NCBI GenBank assembly: GCA_965237415.1
Contig: CBDEFM010000002.1
Coordinates: forward strand, 224,001 to 288,000
DNA length: 64,000 nucleotides
Direction: 5' to 3'
From: Alphaproteobacteria bacterium
GTDB taxonomy: Bacteria > Pseudomonadota > Alphaproteobacteria > UBA828
Shown here: positions 20,426-30,568 of the stretch, one piece after another
How positions within the stretch are numbered: the stretch's first letter is position 1
Layout: the number at the start of each line of letters is the position of its first letter
Translations under genes and position numbers: made by a program
The notes under the pieces: generated by a model
What the model was told of the DNA's origin: nothing
Seen by the model: the letters and a program-made list of their open reading frames with translations, nothing else
Databases searched by the model: none

Positions 20426-21151
20426 ATGGCGGCGCTGATCGCGCTGGAGGGCGTCTCCAAGAGCTTCGGCTCGGTCAGGGCGACCGACCAGTTCAGCATG
20501 GAGCTCGCCGAGGGCGAGGCGCTCGGCGTCATCGGCCCCAACGGTGCCGGCAAGAGCACCATGTTCAATATCATCACCGGCGGGGTGCGGCCGAGCGAGG
20601 GGCGCGTGCTTTTCGCCGGCCGCGACATCACGCGGACGCCGGCGCACGAGCGCTGCCGCATGGGGATCGGGCGCTCGTATCAGATCCCCCATCCCTTCGC
20701 CAACATGACCGTGTTCGAGAACCTGCTGGTCGGCGCGGCCTTCGGCGGCAGCCGCTCCGAGGCCGCCTGCTATGAGGATTGCTGCGAGATCCTGGAGCGC
20801 ACCCACCTGTTGGAAAAGGCGAATGCGCTGGCCGGCGCACTCACCCTGCTGGAGCGCAAGAGGCTGGAGATGGCGCGCGCGTTGGCGACCCGGCCGCGCG
20901 TGCTGCTGCTGGATGAAATTGCCGGCGGGCTGACCGAGCATGAGTGCGGTGCGCTGGTCGAGACCATCAAGACGATCCACCGCACCGGCGTCTCGATCGT
21001 CTGGATCGAGCATGTGGTGCACGCGGTGCTCTCGGTCGTCAGCCGGCTGATCGTCATCAACTTCGGTCGGAAGCTCGCCGAAGGGGATCCGCAGCGGGTG
21101 ATGGCGAGCGCTGAGGTGCAGGAGGTCTACATGGGGATCAGCGCCGAATGA
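20426..21151 (+). CDS. LIV-type ABC ATPase (LivG-like)
   Basis: [18 protein letters not shown]. Confidence 0.92.
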   Translation: MAALIALEGVSKSFGSVRATDQFSMELAEGEALGVIGPNGAGKSTMFNIITGGVRPSEGRVLFAGRDITRTPAHERCRMGIGRSYQIPHPFANMTVFENLLVGAAFGGSRSEAACYEDCCEILERTHLLEKANALAGALTLLERKRLEMARALATRPRVLLLDEIAGGLTEHECGALVETIKTIHRTGVSIVWIEHVVHAVLSVVSRLIVINFGRKLAEGDPQRVMASAEVQEVYMGISAE

Positions 21152-21861
21152 GCGCGGCACCCGAGGCGGTGCTCGCGACCGAGAACCTCACCGCCTTCTA
21201 CGGCGATTTTCAGGCGCTCTTCGGCATCGACGTCCATGTCGGACGCGGCGAGACGGTCGCCATCATCGGGGCCAACGGCGCCGGAAAGTCGACCTTTCTC
21301 AAGAGCGTGGTCGGGCAGCTGCCGTCGGCGCCGGAGCAGGTCGCGTTCGAGGGCGAGCCCATCGGCCACCTGCCGGCCCACGAGGTCGTGCGCCGCGGCG
21401 TCGCCCTCGTGCCCGAGGGGCGTCTCCTCTTCCCGTCGCTCTCGGTTGAAGAGAACCTGCGTCTCGGCGCCTTCGGCAAGCGCCCAGGGCCCTGGCGGAT
21501 CGAGCGAGTCCACGAGCTCTTCCCTGTCCTCAGGGAGCGGCGCGCGACGCCGGGCACCGCGCTCAGCGGTGGTGAGCAACAAATGTGCGCCATCGGCCGC
21601 GCACTGATGAGCAACCCGACGCTCTTGCTCTGCGACGAGCTCAGCCTGGGTTTAGCGCCGGTCATCATCCGGCAACTCTACGCCGTCCTGCCGGTGATCG
21701 TCTCCGAAGGGACCACCGTCGTCGTGGTCGAGCAGGATATCAACCAGGCGCTTTCCGTCGCCGACCGCGTCTATTGCTTCCAGGAAGGCCGCGTCTCGCT
21801 CCAGGGCAGGCCAGACGACCTCTCCCGCGAAGACGTTGCCACGGCCTATTTCGGGATTTAG
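21148..21861 (+). CDS. LIV-type ABC ATPase (LivF-like)
   Basis: GANGAGKS, LSGGEQQM, DELSLGLAP. Confidence 0.92.
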   Translation: MSAAPEAVLATENLTAFYGDFQALFGIDVHVGRGETVAIIGANGAGKSTFLKSVVGQLPSAPEQVAFEGEPIGHLPAHEVVRRGVALVPEGRLLFPSLSVEENLRLGAFGKRPGPWRIERVHELFPVLRERRATPGTALSGGEQQMCAIGRALMSNPTLLLCDELSLGLAPVIIRQLYAVLPVIVSEGTTVVVVEQDINQALSVADRVYCFQEGRVSLQGRPDDLSREDVATAYFGI

Positions 21862-21946
21862 GGCGGCGCTGCTCGAACATACCCGAGCAACATCCCGTAT
21901 CATGCCGGCCATGACCCGCGTCCTAGCACGAGCCGCTTGACCCGCG

Positions 21947-22816
21947 ATGGAGTGGCTCCACGCCATCATCCAAGGCGTGCTGCTGGGCGGGCTCTACGCT
22001 CTGTTCGCGACCGGCCTCTCGCTGATCTTCGGCGTGATGCGGCTGGTCAACATCGCCCACGGCGATCTGATCGTGCTCGCCGCCTTCCTCGGCCTCGCCA
22101 TGGTCAACGGCACCGGCGTGCACCCATTCTTGAGCCTGATCGTCACCGTGCCGGTGATGGCGGGGATCGGCTACGCACTCCAGCGCGGCATCCTCAACCT
22201 CACGCTGGGCGGCGACATCCTGCCGCCGCTTCTGGTGACCTTCGGCCTTTCCATCATCATCCAGAACGTGCTGCTCGAGGTGTTCTCCGCCGACACACAG
22301 CGGCTCAAGGCCGGCGCGCTGGAGACGGCGAGCATCGCCATCGGCGATCAGATTGCCATCGGCTGGTTCCCGCTCATCGTCTTCCTGTCGGCGCTCGGGG
22401 TGATCGCGGGCCTGCAGCTTCTGCTCTTCCGCACCCGGCTCGGCGTGGCCTTCCGCGCGACCTCGGACGACCATGAGACGGCGGCGCTGATGGGCATCGA
22501 CAACCGCCACGTGTTTGCGCTCGCCATGGCACTGGCGCTCGCGGTGGTGGCGATCGCCGGCACCTTCATGGCGATCCGCACCAACTTCTCGCCCGCCATC
22601 GGGCCGGCACGGCTGCTCTACGCCTTCGAGGCGGTGATCATCGGCGGGCTCGGCAGCCTGTGGGGGACGCTGGCCGGCGGCGTGATCCTCGGCGTTGCCC
22701 AGGCGATCGGCGCGAAGTTTCACCCCGGCGGGCAGATCCTCGCGGGCCACGTGGCCTTCCTGATCGTGCTCGTGCTCAGGCCCAACGGGCTCTTCCCGCG
22801 AACGAGGGACCGGTGA
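21947..22816 (+). CDS. LIV-type ABC permease (LivH-like)
   Basis: GLSLIFGVMRLVNIAHGD, IIGGLGS. Confidence 0.92.
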   Translation: MEWLHAIIQGVLLGGLYALFATGLSLIFGVMRLVNIAHGDLIVLAAFLGLAMVNGTGVHPFLSLIVTVPVMAGIGYALQRGILNLTLGGDILPPLLVTFGLSIIIQNVLLEVFSADTQRLKAGALETASIAIGDQIAIGWFPLIVFLSALGVIAGLQLLLFRTRLGVAFRATSDDHETAALMGIDNRHVFALAMALALAVVAIAGTFMAIRTNFSPAIGPARLLYAFEAVIIGGLGSLWGTLAGGVILGVAQAIGAKFHPGGQILAGHVAFLIVLVLRPNGLFPRTRDR

Positions 22817-23883
22817 GCGAGGGCGCTGCCGCCTACCGGGTCGAGCGCGGCACCCGCGCGAGCCGATATGGCGCGCTGATCGCGGTCCTGGGGCTCGTCG
22901 TCCTGATCTCGCTTCCCTTTTGGGGCGGGCGCGCGGACATGCGGACGATCGTCGAGATCGCCTATTACCTCGCCCTCGCGCAGCTCTGGAACCTGCTCGC
23001 GGGCTACGCCGGGCTGGTCTCGGTCGGGCAGCAGGCGTTCTTGGGGCTCGGCGGCTATGCCCTCTTCGTGTTCGCGATGAATGCGGGGGTCCACCCCATC
23101 GCCGCGATTCCGCTCGCGGGTATTGCCGCGGCGCTCTTCGCCGTGCCGACGGCGTTCATCGTGTTCCGCTTGAGGGGCGCTTATTTCGCCATCGGCACCT
23201 GGGTCGTGGCCGAGGTGTACATGCTCTCCTTCGCGCAGGTCTCCGCGCTTGGCGGCGGCTCCGGAATGAGCCTGCCAGCGGCGGTGGTGAAGGGCATCGC
23301 CACAGGCCGTATGTGGCGGGAATCGGCGATTTACTGGACCGGGCTCGCGATCGCCGTCGGCGCCATCGCGCTGGTCTACCTGCTGCTCCGCTCGCGCCAC
23401 GGCCTCGCGCTGACGGCGATCCGGGATTCGGAGGCGGCATCCGGCAGCCTCGGCGTCGATAATTTCCGGACCAAGCTGTGGGTTTATATCGTCGCCGCCT
23501 TCGGCACCGGCATGGTCGGCGCGCTGGTGTATCTCACCAAGCTCCGCATCTCGCCCGAGGCCGGCTTCAACGTCGTCGACTGGACCGCCAACGTCATTTT
23601 CATCGTCGTGATCGGCGGCATCGGCACGATCGAAGGGCCGATCATCGGCGTCATCGTCTTCTTCGTTCTGCGCGAGTTGCTCGCGGACTTCGGCAGCTGG
23701 TATCTGATCGTGCTCGGCGCGGCCGCGGTGCTGATGATGCTGCGTGCGCCGCAGGGCATCTGGGGCCTGATCGCCGAGCGCTTCGATCTCCGGTTCTTCC
23801 CGGTGCAGCGGCGTCTGGTGTTCGATCCCGCGTCCTTCAGCTTCGTCGCGGACACTCAAGAGGAGGGTAAACGCAAACCATGA
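22813..23883 (+). CDS. LIV-type ABC permease (LivM-like)
   Basis: WNLLAGYAGLVSVGQQAF, RLRGAYFAIGT, IGGIGTIEGPIIG. Confidence 0.92.
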   Translation: MSEGAAAYRVERGTRASRYGALIAVLGLVVLISLPFWGGRADMRTIVEIAYYLALAQLWNLLAGYAGLVSVGQQAFLGLGGYALFVFAMNAGVHPIAAIPLAGIAAALFAVPTAFIVFRLRGAYFAIGTWVVAEVYMLSFAQVSALGGGSGMSLPAAVVKGIATGRMWRESAIYWTGLAIAVGAIALVYLLLRSRHGLALTAIRDSEAASGSLGVDNFRTKLWVYIVAAFGTGMVGALVYLTKLRISPEAGFNVVDWTANVIFIVVIGGIGTIEGPIIGVIVFFVLRELLADFGSWYLIVLGAAAVLMMLRAPQGIWGLIAERFDLRFFPVQRRLVFDPASFSFVADTQEEGKRKP

Positions 23884-25085
23884 CCGAGGCCTTCATCTGC
23901 GACGGACAGAGGACCCCCATCGGGCGTTTCGGCGGCGCGCTTGCCACCGTCCGGCCCGACGATCTCGGCGCAGTGCCCATCGCCGCGCTGATGGCGCGCA
24001 ACACGGGCGTGGACTGGGCGGGGGTGGACGACGTCCAGTTCGGCTGCGCCAACCAGGCGGGCGAGGACAACCGCAACGTCGCCCGCATGGCATCGTTGCT
24101 CGCGGGCCTGCCCGAGACGGTGCCGGGCGTCACCATCAACCGGCTCTGCGGCTCCGGCATGGACGCCGTCGGCAGCGCGGCACGTGCGATCAAGACGGGG
24201 GAGGCGGAACTCGCCATCGCCGGCGGCGTCGAGAGCATGACCCGCGCGCCCTTCGTCATGGCCAAGGCCGAGACCGCGTATTCCCGCGCGGCCAAGATCG
24301 AGGACACCACGCTCGGCTGGCGCTTCGTCAACAAGCTGATGAAGGCGAAGCACGGGATCGATTCAATGCCGGAGACGGCCGAGAACGTCGCCGAGGAGTA
24401 TCAGATCGAGCGCTGCGACCAGGACGCCTATGCCTACCGCAGCCAGCGCCGTGCGGCCCAGGCGATCGAGGACGGCCGGCTGGAGAGCGAGATCACCCCG
24501 GTCATGGTGCCGCAACGCAAGAGCGACCCGGTCGCAGTCGAGCGCGACGAGCATCCGCGCCCACAGACGACGCTCGAAGGTCTCGCCAAACTGCCGACGC
24601 CGTTCCGGGAGGGCGGCACCGTGACCGCCGGCAATGCATCGGGCGTCAACGACGGCGCCTGCGCGCTGCTCTTGGCCTCGGACGACGCCGCCCGGCGCCA
24701 CGGCCTCACGCCGCGCGCCCGCGTCATCGCGATGGCGAGCGCCGGCGTCGCACCCCGCATCATGGGCGTGGGCCCCGCGCCGGCCTCGCGCAAGGTGCTC
24801 GCCAATGCGGGCCTCGATCTCGACCGCATGGACGTGATCGAGCTCAACGAGGCCTTCGCGGCGCAGGTGCTGGCGGTCACCCGCGAGCTCGGGCTGGCGG
24901 ACGATGCCGAGCACGTGAACCCCAACGGCGGTGCCATCGCCTTCGGCCACCCACTGGGTATGAGCGGCGCCCGGCTCGTGCTGACGGCAATGCGCGAGCT
25001 GGAGCGGCGCGACGGCCGCTACGCGCTCTGCACCATGTGCATCGGCGTCGGCCAGGGCATTGCCATGATCCTGGAGCGGGTGTGA
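23880..25085 (+). CDS. pcaF: 3-oxoadipyl-CoA thiolase (PcaF/PaaJ)
   Basis: GCANQAGEDNRNVARM, NRLCGSG, NEAFA, GHPLG, CIGVGQG. Confidence 0.9.
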   Translation: MTEAFICDGQRTPIGRFGGALATVRPDDLGAVPIAALMARNTGVDWAGVDDVQFGCANQAGEDNRNVARMASLLAGLPETVPGVTINRLCGSGMDAVGSAARAIKTGEAELAIAGGVESMTRAPFVMAKAETAYSRAAKIEDTTLGWRFVNKLMKAKHGIDSMPETAENVAEEYQIERCDQDAYAYRSQRRAAQAIEDGRLESEITPVMVPQRKSDPVAVERDEHPRPQTTLEGLAKLPTPFREGGTVTAGNASGVNDGACALLLASDDAARRHGLTPRARVIAMASAGVAPRIMGVGPAPASRKVLANAGLDLDRMDVIELNEAFAAQVLAVTRELGLADDAEHVNPNGGAIAFGHPLGMSGARLVLTAMRELERRDGRYALCTMCIGVGQGIAMILERV

Positions 25086-25122
25086 CCGCGCCTGCGTAAC
25101 GGCCCGCGCCCGGCCCTGAAAC

Positions 25123-25812
25123 CTAATCCGAGAGCACGACGCCCCAGGGCAGGACCTGGTTGCCGGAGACGAGGCTCGCGCCGAGGATGCGCTTGGGCTT
25201 CAGCAGGTGCGTGGGGTCGTCCTCGCTCGGCTCGAAGCTGACCGTGCCCTCGCCCCAGACGGTCTCCGTGATCTCGGTCTCCGCCGGCAGTTGCACGACC
25301 TGACGCTTCACCGCGTCTGCGCGGTCGGCCTCCGGCAGCGCCTTCACGAACAGACGCGGGAAGGTCTTGAGCGGCTCGAAGGCGCGGCCCGTGGGCCGCA
25401 TGTCGATCGCGATCACGCGCCGGCCGAGACGCTCGGTGAAACCCCAGATCCTGTTCGTGTCGACGTGAAGCTCCATCGACGCGAGCTTCATGCGGAAGCC
25501 CCAGAGCTCGCGCGTCCCCGAGCACACCTGGTCGGTGCTCGTGAAGGCGTGGACCCAGTGCCCGCCGATGTCGCCCCCGTAACGCACCTGGGCGATGACG
25601 GCGCTGTCGTAGTAGGGGCGCGTCGGCACCGTGCTCTCGAAGTGCATGACGGTGATCTGCACGACGCTGGATGCAAGCTCCAGCGGTGCCGGCACGCGGG
25701 TGCTAAGCGCCGCTTCGTCGACTTCGCAGAAGATGCTGAGCGTGCGGAAGCGATGCTTCCAGGGGGGCAGGGGGTAGGGCAGGAGCTCGGTGTCGAGCTG
25801 CTTCTCGTTCAT
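25123..25812 (-). CDS. Acetoacetate decarboxylase-family protein
   Basis: LPPWKH, VPAPLE, GTRELWGFRMKLA (GRE-WG-K motif), ILGASLV. Confidence 0.75.
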   Translation of the reverse strand: MNEKQLDTELLPYPLPPWKHRFRTLSIFCEVDEAALSTRVPAPLELASSVVQITVMHFESTVPTRPYYDSAVIAQVRYGGDIGGHWVHAFTSTDQVCSGTRELWGFRMKLASMELHVDTNRIWGFTERLGRRVIAIDMRPTGRAFEPLKTFPRLFVKALPEADRADAVKRQVVQLPAETEITETVWGEGTVSFEPSEDDPTHLLKPKRILGASLVSGNQVLPWGVVLSD

Positions 25813-26056
25813 GGGGCGGTCCCGTTGAGGGGTTGTCGATAGCAGGGGCGGCCAGGAGATCGCCTCGCCGGCTCTGGTGGGCAGCATGGGAACACATCTC
25901 GGAAAGCGGAATCAAATCGCACGGTGCCCTCACCGTTTCCGACGATAACGTGCCCGTAACGCGCGCCGCCCGAGGCCCTGCCTTCGTGTCTTTCCTTGAA
26001 CAGGACGGGCTCCGGCGGTAATCCGTCTATAAGCACGGCATAGGGAGGGCCTGACG

Positions 26057-26824
26057 ATGGCAATGGATGTGAGGGTCGTGACCCCGATCACGACCTGGGG
26101 GTTTCGCGACAAGTCCGAGTTCCGCGCGCTGGAGCGGCCGGATCTGACGATCAGCCATATCGAGATCGAGACCGGGCCGGCCTCGATCGAGTGCGAGTAT
26201 GACGAGGCCCTCGCCGTACCCGGGACGATCGCCAAGATCGTCGAGGCCGAGCGCGACGGCTGCGACGCGGTGGTGATCGACTGCATGGGCGATCCCGGCA
26301 TGTTGCCGGGGCGCGAGTGCGTCTCCATCCCCGTGGTCGGGCCTTGCGAGGCGGCGATGCACGTGGCCTCGATGCTGGGGCACACCTTCAGCGTCGTTAC
26401 CGTGCTCAAGCGCCTGCGTCCGCAGTTCGAGCATCAGGCGCAGATCTACGGGGTGCGCGAGAAGCTCGCTTCGGTCCGTTCGGTCTCGATCCCGGTGCTG
26501 GAGCTGGAGCAGAACCTCGAGCGCACCAAGGCGGCCCTTGCCGAAGAGGCCATCCGCGCGGTCGAGGACGACGGGGCCGACGCGATCATCTTCGGCTGCA
26601 CCGGCATGCTGGGATGCGCCGAGGCCGTGCGCCAGGGGCTGCTCGCCAGGGGCTACGACGTTCCCGTGATCGATCCGATCCCGTGGGCGATCAAGATGGC
26701 CGCAAGCCTGGTGGATGCTGGGCTGAGCCACAGCAAGATCACCTACGAACAGCCGCCGGCCAAGCCCGTTGTCGGCTACGAGCCGCTGCCGGGGACGAGC
26801 CTCGCCCGCGACGCGGCGGAATAG
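26057..26824 (+). CDS. Asp/Glu/hydantoin racemase family protein
   Basis: GPASIEC, IDCMGDPG, IFGCTGM, VPVIDP. Confidence 0.88.
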   Translation: MAMDVRVVTPITTWGFRDKSEFRALERPDLTISHIEIETGPASIECEYDEALAVPGTIAKIVEAERDGCDAVVIDCMGDPGMLPGRECVSIPVVGPCEAAMHVASMLGHTFSVVTVLKRLRPQFEHQAQIYGVREKLASVRSVSIPVLELEQNLERTKAALAEEAIRAVEDDGADAIIFGCTGMLGCAEAVRQGLLARGYDVPVIDPIPWAIKMAASLVDAGLSHSKITYEQPPAKPVVGYEPLPGTSLARDAAE

Positions 26825-26843
26825 GCGACAGTAGACGACGCTC

Positions 26844-26869
26844 GCGGGTGCGCCGCGAGGCGCACCCGC
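26844..26869. terminator. Bidirectional hairpin between convergent genes
   Basis: gcgggtgcgcc-GCGA-ggcgcacccgc, perfect 11-bp stem with GNRA loop. Confidence 0.7.
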
Positions 26870-26886
26870 TCCGACGCGAACGGCGA

Positions 26887-27894
26887 TCAGGCGAGGTCTA
26901 GTCTCGCCCGGTTTGCGCCGATGCTGGCGGTAATGCGGTGCGCGACCTCTAGCGAGCGCACGCCGTCGGCGCCGGTCACCGCCGGCACTCCGCCCGTCCT
27001 GACCGTTTGCGCGAACGATTCGATCTCGCGCTGGAGCGGATCCCCCTGCTCGAAGTTCAGGCGCTCGAGCACCACGCTGTCGAGCCCCGCAGGCTCCGCG
27101 GCGCCCTCCCTCCTGCGTGCGACCGTCACGCTGCGGTCGCCATGGTCCACCTTGATGTAGACATCGGACTGGAAGATGCGCAGCGTGCGCTCTGTCTTGA
27201 GGCTGACCCGGCTCGCGGTGACATTGGCGACACAGCCATTGGCAAACTTGAGCCGGGCGTTGGCGATATCTTCGTTCGCCGAGAACACGGGCGCGCCCAC
27301 GGCGTCGACGTCGGCGACCGGCGCATCGACCAGCGCCAGGATGATGTCGATATCGTGGATCATCAGGTCGAAGACGACGCTCACGTCCGTGCCCCGCTGC
27401 GAGAACGGCGCAATTCGGACCGATTCGATATAGACCGGCCGGGTGATACGCGGCGCGACGGTGCGGAAGGCGTCGGAGAAGCGCTCGATCAGGCCGACCT
27501 GAAGCACCAGCCCCTTGGCCTCAGCCAGCGCCGTGAGCGTCTGGGCGGTGTCCACGGCCTTGGTGAGAGGTTTTTCGACCAGCACATGGATCCCGGCATC
27601 GAGGAGGTCTTTCACCACGCCGTAGTGCGCGGCGGCAGGTACGGCGACCGAGACCGCATCGACCCGGCCGATGAGCGCGCGGTGATCGGGCGCGGCCTCG
27701 GTCCCGAGCCGGGTAGCCACATCGGCGGCACGTGCCTGGTCGGTGTCGGCGACCGCGACCAGGCGGGCACCGTCGAGCGCGGCCATCTTCTCGGCGTGGT
27801 AACGCCCGAAATGGCCGACGCCGACCACGCCGAGCCGGAGCGGGCCGTCAGCGCCTTCCCGCGCTCCCTCCCGCGTCGCGGTGCTTGGCGCCAC
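26887..27894 (-). CDS. Gfo/Idh/MocA family oxidoreductase
   Basis: GVGHFG, HVLVEKP, DLMIHDID, NVTASRVS. Confidence 0.9.
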   Translation of the reverse strand: MAPSTATREGAREGADGPLRLGVVGVGHFGRYHAEKMAALDGARLVAVADTDQARAADVATRLGTEAAPDHRALIGRVDAVSVAVPAAAHYGVVKDLLDAGIHVLVEKPLTKAVDTAQTLTALAEAKGLVLQVGLIERFSDAFRTVAPRITRPVYIESVRIAPFSQRGTDVSVVFDLMIHDIDIILALVDAPVADVDAVGAPVFSANEDIANARLKFANGCVANVTASRVSLKTERTLRIFQSDVYIKVDHGDRSVTVARRREGAAEPAGLDSVVLERLNFEQGDPLQREIESFAQTVRTGGVPAVTGADGVRSLEVAHRITASIGANRARLDLA

Positions 27895-27901
27895 AGCCGC
27901 C

Positions 27902-29194
27902 TCAGGCCGCCTCGTCGACGAAGAGCTCCGCCAGCTCGAAGCGATCCTGGGTCATGTAGGCGAGACCCTTCGTGCTGATGCGGTAGTAGGGGATGGTGAC
28001 GAGCGAGACGAATTCGAGATTCATCTGCGGCGTTTCAAGCTCGCACCCCATGTCACGCCACGCGTCTATCCGCTTGTATTGAGGCTCGAAAAGCGCGTCG
28101 AACGGAAGGTCGGTGGCGAGCCCGTTTAGCGGGGTCGGCAGCGAAGCCTCGACCGAGCCGTTGCGGAGCGCGATGAAGCCGCCGTCCATCTTGATGGTCT
28201 CGTTGGCAGCCGCTGCCATGTCCTCGTCGGAGGCGCCGACCAGCACGGTGTTCTGGTTGAAGACGTTGGCGGTGGTGCCGATGCAGCCTTCCTTGATCCC
28301 GAAACCCTTGACGAAGGCGACGCCCACCTCGCCGGTGCCCATGATCCGGTCGATCATGCAGATCTTGTTGATCCCGTTCTCGGGGTCCGCTTGGACGAAA
28401 CCGTCGACGACGCGAAGCGTCTCGACCGACCCCGGCGTCTCCAGGGAGCCGTCCCGCGCGTTGATGCACTGGACCTTCACGGTGTCGCCTGTGCCGTCCG
28501 GCGCCTTGATGCGAAAGTCTGCGGGTTCGAGTGCCCGATCGATGTTCATGGTGCCGTAAAGCCAGTCAGTGTAGGGCGGGTTCTCCAGCGGCGCGACGAG
28601 CTTGCCGCCTTCGACCCAGAGCTTGCCGTTGGCCATCACGCGGTCGATTTCGAAGCCTTCGAGGGTCTCGACGAACACGATGTCGGCGTATCGGCCCGCC
28701 GCGATCATGCCCATGTCGTGATTCACCCGGTAGAACTCGGCCGGCTGGATGGTGGACATCTGGATTGCGGTCATCGGGTCCAGGCCGTTCTGTACGGCGA
28801 CGCGGATCGCGTTGTCCATCTGCCCGCGCGCCAGCATCCAGTCTGGCGTGATCACGTCGGTGCAGAGCTGGTAGGCGCGGGGGTGGTAGCCTTCCTTAGT
28901 AATCACCGGAAGACATGCCTCTATATCCTTGCAAGCACTGCCTTCTCCAATCACGATCAATATGCCGAGCTCGGCCTGGCGGCGGGTCTCCGAGGCGGCG
29001 TCGATCACCTCGGTCCTGTCGCCGACCGTGTACTCGACATCGCCGACGGCGGCGATGCGCTCGCCCTTGATGGCGATCCCTTCGGCCTTGACGGTTCCTG
29101 TGTGCACGTTGACCACGCGGCCATTCGTGATGACCGTGTCGGCGGGCGCGTAGCCCATAGCCACGTCGATCGACGCTTCCCGCTGAAGCTCCAT
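27902..29194 (-). pseudogene. ade: Adenine deaminase with in-frame internal deletion
   Basis: The N-terminus (ADTVITNGRVVNVHTG...EVIDAA) joins directly to ...GEGSACKD...LCTD; the PGxID-H-x-H metal-binding segment is absent; 430 aa. Confidence 0.75.
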
Positions 29195-29574
29195 GATCTC
29201 CCCCGGAATGGCTCGGTGACGGGCCGGCACCGTAGTCGGACTTGAGGGCCCCTTCAACCCGAGGCTCCGGCCGACCGCCGTGCCGACGGGTTCCCGTTTG
29301 CGCGGGTTATCGACCGGCGGCCGTGGGGCTTGAGCGACCAATCGGAGCGTGCAATTGACGGTCACGCACCGCCGTTGACGCTCAGCGTCGCCGATACGGC
29401 CGCGCTGCACGTCGACGATCGCCTCCGCATTCGGCTTGACCCACGCCGCACTTTTGTGTTCCCTGCGATACAGGACCTGTAGGCGGCAAGGCTGCGGGGC
29501 CGGGAACGCGAGGCGGACGGTACGCCCGCGACCGGCCGCCGCGACCGTCGCTGTCGTTAGACTGGAGTCGTGTC

Positions 29575-29838
29575 ATGGGTATTTCTATCTGGCAAATCCT
29601 TTTGATCGTCCTGGTGGTCGTGTTGCTGTTCGGCGCCGGCAAGCTGCCGCGCCTGATGGGCGACTTCGCCAAGGGCATCAAGAGCTTCAAGACCGGTATG
29701 CGCGAAGGCGAAGCGCCGCCGTCGGCACAGAGCTCGGCCGCAGCGGCCGAGTCTCCGCAGGAGCCCAAGGTGATCGAGAGCGAGGCCGCACCGATCGAGG
29801 CCAGCGCCGTCAAGAAGGACGAAGCCGTCAAGAGCTAG
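29575..29838 (+). CDS. tatA: Twin-arginine translocase TatA
   Basis: [37 protein letters not shown]. Confidence 0.95.
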   Translation: MGISIWQILLIVLVVVLLFGAGKLPRLMGDFAKGIKSFKTGMREGEAPPSAQSSAAAAESPQEPKVIESEAAPIEASAVKKDEAVKS

Positions 29839-29901
29839 ACTTAGACGCCGGACGGCCGCAGAGAAACAGGGAGATCGCCCGCTTCCGCAGCGGGAACAAA
29901 A

Positions 29902-30429
29902 ATGTTCGACATCGGCTGGCAAGAACTCATCATCCTGATGTTGATCGCCCTGATCGTCGTCGGGCCGAAGGATTTGCCGCGCATCGTCAAGACGGCGGGC
30001 CAGTGGATGGGCAAGGCGCGCGGCTATGCCCGCGACTTCCAGAGAACCATCGAGGAGGCCGCCGACGCGACCGAGATCGACGCGGTCAAGAAGGAGATCG
30101 ACGAGGCGAACCGCGAGCTCACCACCGCCCACCGCGATGTGGCGGAGGGCGCGGACGCGATAAAGCGAGATGTGGCCGAGAGTACCGACTCGATGAACAA
30201 AATGCTCAGCGAGGACGCCATGTCGCCGGCCAAGACGGCGGCCGCGAAGCCCAACGGCGGAGAACCGCCGAGCGGCCAGGCGGCGGGGGCGGACGGCGGT
30301 CAAGCGGAGTCTGCGGCCGCCGCGGCAGAGCCAGAACCCGCCGCCGCGCAGCCGGCTCCGGCGGCATCGCCGACAGAGACGCAAGGCGACGGGGCGGACG
30401 GTTCCCCCCCGCGCGGTGCGAGCGCCTAG
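29902..30429 (+). CDS. tatB: Twin-arginine translocase TatB
   Basis: MFDIGWQEL...VVGPKDLP. Confidence 0.95.
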   Translation: MFDIGWQELIILMLIALIVVGPKDLPRIVKTAGQWMGKARGYARDFQRTIEEAADATEIDAVKKEIDEANRELTTAHRDVAEGADAIKRDVAESTDSMNKMLSEDAMSPAKTAAAKPNGGEPPSGQAAGADGGQAESAAAAAEPEPAAAQPAPAASPTETQGDGADGSPPRGASA

Positions 30430-30568
30430 GCGCCCCGCCCGGTCCATTTTGCGGAATGTCGCGGCAGCACCAGTCTGGCACGTCAGTGTCACATAAGCTC
30501 AATCAAGGGGCGGCCCGCCCTCCAGCGCCGCGACGGTTCCGGGCGTTGTTCCAGTGAGTGCCTAGCCG

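Noticed and set aside
21895-21946. Resemblance to alphaproteobacterial REP-like GTCATG...GACCCG elements between the livF- and livH-like genes
   Set aside because: Single degenerate occurrence with no second copy found in the window.
29195-29574. Possible riboswitch or sRNA between ade and tatA
   Set aside because: No purine or other riboswitch consensus recognised; an Rfam scan would be needed.
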